From an uncultured delta proteobacterium (GTDB lineage: Bacteria; Desulfobacterota; Desulfobacteria; Desulfobacterales; B30-G6), in assembly GCA_963701385.1 (NCBI GenBank), contig CAVOZW010000006.1, forward strand, positions 75,720-139,719: a stretch of DNA of 64,000 nucleotides, in the 5' to 3' direction. The notes beneath the pieces were generated by a model. That model saw only the letters and a list, made by a program, of their open reading frames with translations. It searched no databases and was not told where the DNA came from. Position 1 is the first letter of the stretch. Every line of letters begins with the position of its first letter. A program made the position numbers and the translations under genes. Positions 18,866-27,082 of the stretch are shown here, piece by piece.

Positions 18866-20215
18866 GGTTTAAGGTTTGACGGTAGACGTCAAGTTTTTCG
18901 TGTCCAAGTCCCATGTTATTTCGATTTCGATAGCGATCCCGATTTCGATTTCGATTTCGATCATAGCGACAACCGCGCGCCTAAGTGAAGAATCTCGCAG
19001 CAAGCTGCGAGGAATGTTCAATATTTAACTGTGTTATAAGCAAGACGTCAATCGAGATACCCAGAGCTTCACGTCTCACGACTTACGTTTTATTGGGTTC
19101 GAAATCGCTATCGCTATCGGTATCGAAATCGATTTCCCCAGTTTCATAATGATCAGTGGAAAAGATAAAGGGGACGTTCCTTGATATATAAGTTTCTATC
19201 CATCCATTGAAGAACCTCGCAGCAAGCTGCAGAGTCCCTGGCCTTCTCGTAGACCCAACGCTACACAGCTTATCGAATGACAGTAGACGTCCAGTTTTTC
19301 GGGTCCAAGTTCCATATTTCTTCGATTTCGATCATAGCAACAACCGCGCTCCGAATTTAACTGTTTTATAAGCTGGACGTTAATCGAAATACCCAGAGCT
19401 TCGCGTCTCACGACTTACGTTTCATCGGGTTCGAAATCGTATCGCCATCGGTATCGGTATCGAAATCGATTTCCCCAGTTTCATAAGCAGCAGGCTCTTC
19501 CTTGACGCAGTAACCCCTTCCTCCCAATCGACTGAGCATGGCGGCCATGCGATCCAATTCAGCTTTATGATTTAAGCTTTCCTGCTCTTCCAGCACCTTG
19601 CCGACTACCAGAACATCCTGAACAGCAGCACATTCCAATGCTGAGCCACGTGCGATCTCAAAATAACGCCTTCTATCTGCTTTCGACGTCTTGCCATTAC
19701 CTTCCGCAATATTTAGCGGTATCGATTGACTGGCACGAAGCCACTGATCCCGTGCAGATCGATGAATTCCCGTCAGAACTCCTGCCTTCTCGTAGACCCA
19801 AGCAACATAGCCTATCGCAAGACGGTAGACGTCCAGTTTTTCGTGTCCAAGTCCCATGTCATCTCGATTTCGATAGCGATCCCGATTTCGATTTCGATCA
19901 TAGCAACAAACGGGCTCCATGGTGAAGCATCTCGCAGCAAGCTGTGAGGAATGTTCAATATTAAACTGTGTTATAAGCAAGACGTCAATCGAGCTACCCA
20001 GCGTCACGTCTCACGACTTACGTTTTATCGGGTTCGAAATCGCTATCGCTATCGGTATCGCAAGACGATAGACTCCAGTTTTTCGATCCAAGTCCCATGT
20101 CATCTCGATTTCGATAGCGATCCCGATTTCGATTTCGATCATAGCAACAACTGTGCTCCTAAGTGAAGAAGAATGCGCTCGCTGTTGCGGTTAGTTAAAA
20201 CCTAATACCCACCCA
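18866..20215 (-). repeat. Tandem array of four copies (one intact, three decayed) of a four-helix-bundle-protein cassette with a conserved leader and spacer
   Basis: Start-codon remnants gacgtc(c/a)agtttttcg(t/g)gtccaagt(c/t)ccat end at 18914, 19315, 19857 and 20098. 3' tails tcacgacttacgtt begin at 19076, 19408 and 20011. The same spacer precedes each copy (GAAATC hexamers, hairpin CTCGCAGCAAGCTGCGAG, ...aactgtgttataagcaagacgtcaatcgag). Confidence 0.85.
19408..19857 (-). CDS. Four-helix-bundle protein (TIGR02436 / 23S rRNA intervening-sequence protein family, Avd-like fold)
   Basis: 149 aa from ATG 19857: MGLGHEKLDVYRLAIGYVAWVYEKA...RDQWLRASQSIPLNIAEGNGKTSKADRRRYFEIARGSALECAA. The NIAEG and GS..E signature matches this family. 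The tracked 199-aa version only adds translation of the repeat leader. Confidence 0.8.
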   Translation of the reverse strand: MGLGHEKLDVYRLAIGYVAWVYEKAGVLTGIHRSARDQWLRASQSIPLNIAEGNGKTSKADRRRYFEIARGSALECAAVQDVLVVGKVLEEQESLNHKAELDRMAAMLSRLGGRGYCVKEEPAAYETGEIDFDTDTDGDTISNPMKRKS

Positions 20216-20231
20216 CCACCTCCTACCGCAA

Positions 20232-22316
20232 TTACATTTCAATCCAAACAAACCCGTAAGAATCCACTGTGCAGGCGGCATCTTCACCGATCACGATGGT
20301 CGATTCTCTTTCTTCTACAATTGCCGGTCCCTGGATGGCAGCACCCGGAAAGAGTTTCATTCGATCGTACACGTCGTGCGGCACAAACATCTTGCGCTGC
20401 AATGAAAATGCAGGCCGTGTTCCTTTCAAAGCATCTTCCAGTCGATCTGTCTGATGTTCAAATCTGGGCAGCTGAAACGGTCTTTGCGGTTCACTGACGC
20501 GGACCTTGAAGGTTACAAATTCGATCTGTGTTTCCGGATATGTCCTGCCATAGAGCTTCTCATAGACCTGGTCGAAAAGATGACGAATTTCCGAGACGCT
20601 CCAATCATAAAAGGGCTTGTTTTCCAAGAGGATATCGGTTTCGGCACCCTGGCCGATAAACCGCATCATAAGCGTTCTCTCAATAATCAAGGTATCGTCA
20701 TCGACAGCCTTTTGCAATATGTCGGCGCCTTCGGTCTCCAGGGTCTTAAAAAGGGTTTCGATTTCATTGAAATCGGCCTCGTCAAGCCTGATCCGGTGAC
20801 TTCGGGTCAGATCAAATGCCACCGGCGCCGTAAAAAAACCCAGGGCGGACCCAACACCGGCCAAGGGGGGTACCAGTATTCGAGGGGCATTGATTTTTTT
20901 TGCCAAACCAAAGGCATGAACCGGTCCGGCACCGCCAAACGCCGATATGGTTACGATGTTCGGGTTGCCGCCTTTTTCCGCGATGTGCGTTTTTGCCGCA
21001 GCCGCCATGGTTTCATTGATCAGGTCGTGGATACCAAATGCGGCCTCCACCAGTGTCGTGCCCAGCGGTTGAGCGATTTTTTCCTGAATCGCATTCTCGG
21101 CGGCCGATTTGTCCAGCACCATGCTGCCTCCCAGAAAATAATCCGGGTCCAGGTATCCCAATACCAGATCTGCGTCGGTAACGGTAGGGTGAATACCGCC
21201 TTTGCCATAGCAGACCGGTCCGGGATCTGCGCCAGCACTCTCCGGCCCCACCTGAAGCAGACCCATTTTGCTGATCTTTGCCATGCTTCCGCCGCCGGCA
21301 CCGATTTCCATGAGATCGACAACAGGCACCTGAATCGGTAGACCACTGCCCTTCTTGAATCGCTGAACCCTTCCGACCTCGAAAGTGGAGACCATGCCGG
21401 CCTGCCCTTTCTGTATCAGACACGATTTTGCCGTCGTACCTCCCATGTCGAAACAGAACATGTCCTTGATCTGGAACAGGCTGCCATAGTGCTGGGATGC
21501 AATCACGGCCGCCGTAGGGCCTGATTCGATAATGCGTACCGGGAATTTACGGGCGGTTTCGATGGAGGTAATTCCGCCGCTGGATAGCATAATAAACAGC
21601 TTTCCCTTGAATCCCAGGGCATCCAGTCTTGAGGACAGCTTTTCCAGGTATCTGGATGTTATGGGCTTGACATATGCGTTGGTAACCGTTGTGCAGGTCC
21701 TTTCGTATTCACGAATCTGCGGTAAAACCTCAAACGATGTGGATAGCGAGAGCTCCGGGGCGAGCCGCTCTATCGCCTCTTTGAGCACGTTTTCATGAAT
21801 CGGGTTTTCGTAGGAATTGAGAAGACACACCGCCAAAGATTCGATCTGCAGGTCCTGAAGTTCTCGCAATACGGCCGCGATGTCTTCTGCTTGGATTGGC
21901 AGCAAGACCCTGCCGTCGCTGGCCACCCGTTCGGCGACTTCCTTCCTGAGAAACCGGGGTACCAGGGGTTCAGGATACTCCGCAAAAATATCGTAAGCAT
22001 CGTAGCGCAGTTCTCTGCCTAGTTCCAGCACATCCCTGAAACCCTGGGTGGTGATGAGGCCCGTTCTGGCACCTTTTCTTTCGATGATGGCATTGATCAC
22101 CAGGGTTGTTCCGTGGATGAATTCATCGGTAAAGGCCATGAATCCGGGCGTGCTTATCTCGAGCTGGCCTACGCCTTCTGCAACGGCTGTGGACGGGTCT
22201 GAAGGGGTCGTCAGACACTTGTGCGTCTGGAATTCACCAGTATGATCATTCACCAGCACAAAATCGGTAAACGTGCCGCCAATATCACAGCCCAAACGAA
22301 AGGCATTTTTTTTCAC
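20232..22316 (-). CDS. hyuA: Hydantoinase A/oxoprolinase family protein (alpha subunit)
   Basis: ...KKNAFRLGCDIGGTFTDFVLV... is a typical HyuA N-terminus. The tracked start 22328 is TTG without an RBS. GTG 22316 sits 5 nt after GGAGA and is preferred. Confidence 0.9.
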   Translation of the reverse strand: MKKNAFRLGCDIGGTFTDFVLVNDHTGEFQTHKCLTTPSDPSTAVAEGVGQLEISTPGFMAFTDEFIHGTTLVINAIIERKGARTGLITTQGFRDVLELGRELRYDAYDIFAEYPEPLVPRFLRKEVAERVASDGRVLLPIQAEDIAAVLRELQDLQIESLAVCLLNSYENPIHENVLKEAIERLAPELSLSTSFEVLPQIREYERTCTTVTNAYVKPITSRYLEKLSSRLDALGFKGKLFIMLSSGGITSIETARKFPVRIIESGPTAAVIASQHYGSLFQIKDMFCFDMGGTTAKSCLIQKGQAGMVSTFEVGRVQRFKKGSGLPIQVPVVDLMEIGAGGGSMAKISKMGLLQVGPESAGADPGPVCYGKGGIHPTVTDADLVLGYLDPDYFLGGSMVLDKSAAENAIQEKIAQPLGTTLVEAAFGIHDLINETMAAAAKTHIAEKGGNPNIVTISAFGGAGPVHAFGLAKKINAPRILVPPLAGVGSALGFFTAPVAFDLTRSHRIRLDEADFNEIETLFKTLETEGADILQKAVDDDTLIIERTLMMRFIGQGAETDILLENKPFYDWSVSEIRHLFDQVYEKLYGRTYPETQIEFVTFKVRVSEPQRPFQLPRFEHQTDRLEDALKGTRPAFSLQRKMFVPHDVYDRMKLFPGAAIQGPAIVEERESTIVIGEDAACTVDSYGFVWIEM

Positions 22317-22353
22317 GACATTCTCCAATTATTTTTGATACCAACGTATCACC

Positions 22354-22456
22354 AACCCAACGAACCCAACAACCCAACAAACCCAACAAACCCAATGAAC
22401 CCAATGAACCCAACAAACCCAACAAACCCAATGAACCCAATGAACTCAACAAACCC
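22354..22456. repeat. 9-nt tandem repeat (AACAAACCC / AATGAACCC), 11 C3 tracts on the + strand (G3 on the mRNA-sense minus strand)
   Basis: Read directly: ...aacgaacccaacaacccaacaaacccaacaaacccaatgaacccaatgaacccaacaaacccaacaaacccaatgaacccaatgaactcaacaaaccc. It lies between the mutase stop (22477) and the hyuA start. A second array is at 61038..61106. Confidence 0.9.
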
Positions 22457-22476
22457 TATTCCCCACGTCCCCTTGT

Positions 22477-24111
22477 CTAGAAGATCCCCGGCTCCTCCCA
22501 CTCGCCGAAAACATCACGCAGGACGGCGGTCATTTCTCCGACCGTTGCATATTCCCGACAACATTCCACCAGCAATGGCATGACATTATCTCCCTTTCGG
22601 GTTCCCTTTTCGAGTTCTTTCAAGGTGCGCTTAACCGTCTGGCTGTTACGCGTGCGTTTGAGCGCCTCCAAATGCTTGATTTGTTTCTCAACCCAGGCTT
22701 CATTGTGTTCGTGAAGTTCTACATCCGGGCCGGACTCGCCAGCGTCGATATATTTATTCAACCCGACTTTGACATATTCCCCGCTTTGCAATCCCTTTTC
22801 ATATTCATATGCCTGCTGGGCCACTTTTCTCTGGATATATCCCGAAGACACTGCCGGAATCATCCCGCCCACTTGCTGGATGGCCGACATTTCTTCCTGA
22901 ATCTTCTCTTCCATCTGTTTGGTGAGCGTTTCAATAAAATAAGATCCTGCCAATGGGTCTACCGTGTCCCTAAGCCCGACTTCATCCATGATGATCTCGA
23001 GGGTTCTGAGTGAAAGCAAGGCCGCTCTGGGTGTGGGAATGGTATAAGCTTCGTCAAAAGAGCATAGTGCCGTAGTCTGGGCGCCGCTGAGGGCGGCCCC
23101 GAGTGCATAAAAGGCACTTCTCATAATGTTGTTTTCAGGCTGCTCCTTTGTAAGACCACTGCCACCGCCGCCGAAAAGGCCCCGCAAAAAAAGTTTCTTT
23201 TTGTCTTGAATACCATATTCGTCTCTTAACATGCGGGCCCACAGTTTTCTGGCTGCTCTGAATTTGGCTATCTGTTCCCAAAGGTTTCCAAAGACATTCA
23301 GGTTGAATGAAAAGCGCCCCACAAAGTCATCGGCATCGATACCCCGCTTCATTACATTGTCGATGTAGGATTTCGCAATTTCAAACGCGCAGGCAATTTC
23401 CTGTGAAGGCGTCGCACCCGACTCCCGAATATGGTAGCCGCAGATACTCACCGGGTTGCACCTGGGAAGGGCTTTCATGCTGTATTCAATACTGTCACCG
23501 ACCAGACGAACGGCATGATCAACAGGAAATATCCAGGCGCCGCGACCAATCATTTCCTTCAGGATATCGTTCTGGGGCGTGGCGCTGATTCGGTCTCTGG
23601 CGTAGCCGGATTTCTCCGCAAGTGCCTGATACATGGCAAGCATGATACAGGCGATGGCATTGATGGTGAGTCCGGTTCCAATCCGATCGAGAGGAATACC
23701 CTCAAATGCGATTTCAAAATCCCGCAGGGAGTCGACAGCCATGCCGACACGTCCGACTTCTCCGGCAGCAAGCGGGCTGTCTGAGTCCAGACCCATCTGT
23801 GTCGGAAGATCAAAGGCAACGTTCAGGCCTGTCTGCCCGTGTGAGATCATATATTTAAAACGTTCGTTGGTCTCTTCCGGGGTGCCGAAACCGGTATACT
23901 GACGTGTCGTCCAAGCCCGGCTGCGATAGCCCAGGGGATGCAGGCTCCGGGTAAACGGGTATTCTCCGGGATGCCCCAGATCTTTTTCATAATCAAACCC
24001 CACCGCCCCAAGATCGTCCGGCGTATACACCGGCTTGACCTTGATACCCGATTGATACGCGACCTCGGTTATGGCCCCTTTTTCATCTTTTGTGTACTTG
24101 GCAACGCCCAT
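22477..24111 (-). CDS. Coenzyme-B12-dependent acyl-CoA mutase, large (substrate-binding TIM barrel) subunit, methylmalonyl-CoA-mutase type
   Basis: 544 aa. ...WTTRQYTGFGTPEETNERFKY...GQTGLNVAFDLPTQMGLDSD...TPQNDILKEMIGRGAWIFP. The Tyr in RQY and the Arg in GRG correspond, from memory, to Tyr89/Arg207 of Propionibacterium MCM. These are Phe/Gln in isobutyryl-CoA mutases. Confidence 0.85.
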   Translation of the reverse strand: MGVAKYTKDEKGAITEVAYQSGIKVKPVYTPDDLGAVGFDYEKDLGHPGEYPFTRSLHPLGYRSRAWTTRQYTGFGTPEETNERFKYMISHGQTGLNVAFDLPTQMGLDSDSPLAAGEVGRVGMAVDSLRDFEIAFEGIPLDRIGTGLTINAIACIMLAMYQALAEKSGYARDRISATPQNDILKEMIGRGAWIFPVDHAVRLVGDSIEYSMKALPRCNPVSICGYHIRESGATPSQEIACAFEIAKSYIDNVMKRGIDADDFVGRFSFNLNVFGNLWEQIAKFRAARKLWARMLRDEYGIQDKKKLFLRGLFGGGGSGLTKEQPENNIMRSAFYALGAALSGAQTTALCSFDEAYTIPTPRAALLSLRTLEIIMDEVGLRDTVDPLAGSYFIETLTKQMEEKIQEEMSAIQQVGGMIPAVSSGYIQRKVAQQAYEYEKGLQSGEYVKVGLNKYIDAGESGPDVELHEHNEAWVEKQIKHLEALKRTRNSQTVKRTLKELEKGTRKGDNVMPLLVECCREYATVGEMTAVLRDVFGEWEEPGIF

Positions 24112-24124
24112 ATAGCCACCTTTT

Positions 24125-24526
24125 TTAAAGCGATAAGCTGATCTTCTCTATTCCTTCAATCATGTCATCAAATGACGTTCCGCCCGGATAGACACCCTTG
24201 ATACCCATTTGTTTCAGCTTTGGAATGTCTAGCGCAGGTATCACGCCGCCCACCACGACCCCAGTGGATTCGATTCCTTCTTTTTTCATCGTTTCGAGTA
24301 GTTTTTCGCAGATGGAGAGATGGGCGCCGGACATGATACTCAGGCCAATGATGTCGACGGCTTCTTGAAGGGCTGTTCTGACAATCTGGTCAACCTGTTG
24401 ATGAAGCCCGGTATAAAGCACCTCCATGCCGGCATCTCGCAGCGCCAGCGCAACGATCTTTGCGCCCCTGTCATGACCGTCCAATCCAGGCTTGGCAATG
24501 AGTATTTTTATTTTTTTTCCACGCAT
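24125..24526 (-). CDS. Acyl-CoA mutase small subunit, cobalamin-binding domain
   Basis: 133 aa. ILIAKPGLDGHDRGAKIVALALRDAGMEV contains the DxHxxG base-off B12 motif. Confidence 0.9.
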   Translation of the reverse strand: MRGKKIKILIAKPGLDGHDRGAKIVALALRDAGMEVLYTGLHQQVDQIVRTALQEAVDIIGLSIMSGAHLSICEKLLETMKKEGIESTGVVVGGVIPALDIPKLKQMGIKGVYPGGTSFDDMIEGIEKISLSL

Positions 24527-24649
24527 AGGGTGCCCCTTCTTTTACTTGACCGGTTGTTTAGACGGGAGACTGTTAGACATTCAGCCCTATTATTTCATGA
24601 AGTATGAAGAGATAAAACCTTGTTAGCAGTCTACCGTCGAACAGCCTAA

Positions 24650-24821
24650 CTAGTACCCATCCACAAATGGTCTTTTTGCGCTCTGCCGGCGTTGGAAGGC
24701 ATGATTTAACTCCTCAAAATAGCATACTATTCACCCCAAGGGCACTTCCTGCGGGCGCCTGCGGGTTAAATCTGCCTTCCGCCTTGGCAAAACACAAAAA
24801 TCCTTATTTCTGGACGGTCAC
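24650..24821 (+). repeat. MITE-like 170-bp element with ~55-bp imperfect terminal inverted repeats (copy A)
   Basis: Nearly identical to 56537..56706. The left arm gtacccatccacaaatggtctttttgcgctctgccggcgttggaaggcatgatttaac pairs with the right arm gttaaatctgccttccgccttggcaaaacacaaaaatccttatttctggacggtcac. The centre holds a direct repeat cctgcggg-cg-cctgcggg. Confidence 0.8.
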
Positions 24822-24824
24822 TAA

Positions 24825-25532
24825 CTACCTCAGCTTTTCATATAATTCCAACACTGCCTTTTGTCCACGGGTCAAATGCTCTCTGACGATGCGTTCAACA
24901 CCGTCTGCATCCCGCTGTCTGATTCGTTCAAGCATGTCCTTATGATCGTCATTGCTCCTTCTGGCATGCATCTCGTCCCTAAGAATTATCTGTCGAAAAC
25001 GATAGATTTGATCGCGCAGGTTATTGATCATGTGGATCAATTTCGGGCTTCTGCTCAGCGCATACAGCAGATCATGAAACTCCGTATTGATGTGCGGAAG
25101 TGGGTCGAGGTTTTTGCAATCCAGGTGTTTCTGAAATAGCTTGATTTTTTTTTCCAGGGGTATGAGGTCCGCCTTGCGATGTTTTTCGGCTGCCAGCCTG
25201 GCTGCATAACTTTCAAGAACGCTTCGAATACCGAATGTTTCCTCCACGTCATCCCGACTGAGTCCAAGAACGCTGAAACCGCCCCGGGGAAGTTTGCGCA
25301 AATAGCCTTCTCTTTCCAGCTTGTGAATAGCCTCTCTCACCGGTGTCCTGCTGATGCCGAGTGTTTCTGCCAGACGACTTTCGATGAGCCTTCCACCCGG
25401 CGGCATATCCCCTTTAATGATGGCGCTTTTTAAATTCTCGAACACATGCTGGCCGAGTGATTTTCGTTGACCGATTTTCCCGAGTTCCTTCAACCCCCTG
25501 TCGTGAGTATTTTTTTGAGAATCCATTGTCAT
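24825..25532 (-). CDS. GntR-family transcriptional regulator, FadR/FCD subfamily
   Basis: From ATG 25532 (or 25526): winged HTH ...GGRLIESRLAETLGISRTPVREAIHKLEREGYL, then a helical FCD-type C-terminal domain. The longer tracked N-terminus would run up to the upstream stop. Confidence 0.85.
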   Translation of the reverse strand: MTMDSQKNTHDRGLKELGKIGQRKSLGQHVFENLKSAIIKGDMPPGGRLIESRLAETLGISRTPVREAIHKLEREGYLRKLPRGGFSVLGLSRDDVEETFGIRSVLESYAARLAAEKHRKADLIPLEKKIKLFQKHLDCKNLDPLPHINTEFHDLLYALSRSPKLIHMINNLRDQIYRFRQIILRDEMHARRSNDDHKDMLERIRQRDADGVERIVREHLTRGQKAVLELYEKLR

Positions 25533-25628
25533 TCTCTTCTGATTTCCGTTTTCCCTGATGCGGGGAGTTGCAGGATGTGCTGTGCTTTTTTTTCTCCTTC
25601 TCCCAGCGGGTTGGATCCTGGCCAAACC

Positions 25629-26819
25629 TTAGATGATCCCTCTGCCTTGCATGTCTGCAAGGGTTTCTGCATCAGTCCCCAGTTTTTGAGAATAAATTTC
25701 ATTGTTGTGTTCACCAAAGCGGGGCGGAAATGTCAGCTCACCGGAGGTGCCTGCCAAAAAAGGTGTCATGATGGGAGGCGGGGCCAGCGTAATCCGTCGT
25801 GAGGTTATGGGGTCTTTGGCAAAGAGCAACTGTTTTTTCACCAGAGGGTCTTCAATGACATCCTCGAGGGACTTGATCTTGCTGACCGGAACCGTTATGG
25901 ACTGCAGTAGTTCGATGAGATCCTCGGATGTCATTTGTTGGGTGACGGCATTCATGGCCTTGTTCACATTTTCAACATCCCGTATTCGACCGGCATTTTT
26001 TTCATATTCGGGTTTGTCGAGCAGGTTAAAAACAGATTGCGACACCAGCGCCTTCCATTGGCGGTCGTTTCCAACAGCCAGGTAAACAAAACCGTTTTGG
26101 GTTTGATACACCGAAACAGGGCAAAAAAATTCATGGGTGTTTCCTCTTCGGCTAATCTTTTTTCCAAAACTGGACGTCAGGGTGATCGGAACCGTCAACC
26201 ATGACACAGACGATTCAAACATCGATAAATCAATGCGACTCCCCTCTCCTGTAACGTGTTTTTTGAGCAAAGCCTTCATCAAAAGCCCGTATGCGTGTTC
26301 GCTCGTCCCCATGTCCGGCAGTGGAATACCCAGCACCTGCGGATCGCCATCCGGCTGCCCCGTAAGATCCATCAATCCGGATCTTGCCTGCAAAATGGGA
26401 TCATAGGCGCCCTCGTTGCTGTGGGGCCCGAATCCGGTGACACCCAGCCAGATGATATCTTTCTTGACCCTTTTCAGCCTTTCGAAATCGATACCCAGTT
26501 TTTGATAATTCTTGGGCAACTGGTTGGTGATAAAAATATCGACGTTCAATTTCTGAATCAACTGATCAAATAATTCCTGGCCTTCCGGCTCCGCAAGATT
26601 GAGCGTCAAAGCCTTCTTGCCTGCATTGATACAAAGGTAATAGGCATTCATCTGTTTCTCACCCAGCACATTCTCTCCGATCATCCTGTTGGGGTCTCCG
26701 TAAACAGGATGCTCCAGACGAATGATTTGCATCCCGTCCTGAGCCAGTCGATAGGTGAGATACGGCACCACGGTTGCCTGTTCCAAGGATAACACCGTAA
26801 TGGTTTTCAGAAAGTCCAT
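25629..26819 (-). CDS. Family III CoA-transferase (CaiB/BaiF type)
   Basis: MDFLKTITVLSLEQATVVPYLTYRLAQDGMQIIRLEHP...GDPNR...; ...AYDPILQARSGLMDLTG...DMGTSEHA. The tracked start 26840 is TTG. ATG 26819 follows GGGAGAG. Confidence 0.85.
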   Translation of the reverse strand: MDFLKTITVLSLEQATVVPYLTYRLAQDGMQIIRLEHPVYGDPNRMIGENVLGEKQMNAYYLCINAGKKALTLNLAEPEGQELFDQLIQKLNVDIFITNQLPKNYQKLGIDFERLKRVKKDIIWLGVTGFGPHSNEGAYDPILQARSGLMDLTGQPDGDPQVLGIPLPDMGTSEHAYGLLMKALLKKHVTGEGSRIDLSMFESSVSWLTVPITLTSSFGKKISRRGNTHEFFCPVSVYQTQNGFVYLAVGNDRQWKALVSQSVFNLLDKPEYEKNAGRIRDVENVNKAMNAVTQQMTSEDLIELLQSITVPVSKIKSLEDVIEDPLVKKQLLFAKDPITSRRITLAPPPIMTPFLAGTSGELTFPPRFGEHNNEIYSQKLGTDAETLADMQGRGII

Positions 26820-26985
26820 CTGTCTCTCCCTGATGTTCAAATAGAAGGTCTATGCCAGTTGTCAGTAATATGTTGCGCATGAAAATCGGGTCTTAACACG
26901 CATCAGAACCTTATTATGACAATCATTATAGTAATTTCGCGGTTGCATGTCGACGCAGGTAGGCGGTAAACACCTCAATTCAATT

Positions 26986-27000
26986 TGTATACTGTATACA
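26986..27000. promoter_or_regulatory. 15-bp palindrome TGTATACTGTATACA, candidate GntR/FadR-type operator over the -10 of the minus-strand promoter of the CoA-transferase operon
   Basis: On the minus strand: TTGACA (27015..27010), 18 nt, TATACA (26991..26986). The palindrome covers the spacer and the -10. Confidence 0.6.
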
Positions 27001-27082
27001 TTGAACGCTTGTCAAGAACTGTTTGGGGTGCTACACAATTTGTATCGACCATTTTAGAGATGATCATTGACTTTCGATTACA

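Noticed and set aside
19408-20007. 199-aa version of the four-helix-bundle ORF
   Set aside because: The extra 50 N-terminal codons are a translation of the hexamer/hairpin leader repeat. The family-typical sequence begins at MGLGHEKLDVY (ATG 19857), and the decayed copies all begin there.
18866-22456. Possibility that the tandem repeats are CRISPR arrays
   Set aside because: The 9-nt units have no spacers. The 330-600-bp units of the 18.9-20.2 kb array are gene cassettes rather than 25-40-bp repeats with unique spacers. No cas genes are present in the window.
22221-22583. + strand ORF encoding NPTNPMNPM repeats
   Set aside because: It is simply the 9-nt tandem repeat read in frame. It runs antisense into the 3' end of the mutase gene and the 5' end of hyuA, and it has no RBS.
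24527-24824. Cobalamin riboswitch upstream of the B12-dependent mutase genes
   Set aside because: The structured sequence there is the MITE-like repeat, which recurs upstream of unrelated genes (had, mttB region). I could not find a B12-box-like conserved core.
24667-24945. 92-aa + strand ORF between the mutase and GntR genes
   Set aside because: Most of it is a translation of the MITE-like repeat and of the antisense strand of the GntR 3' end. A near-identical stretch upstream of had is not open in the same way.
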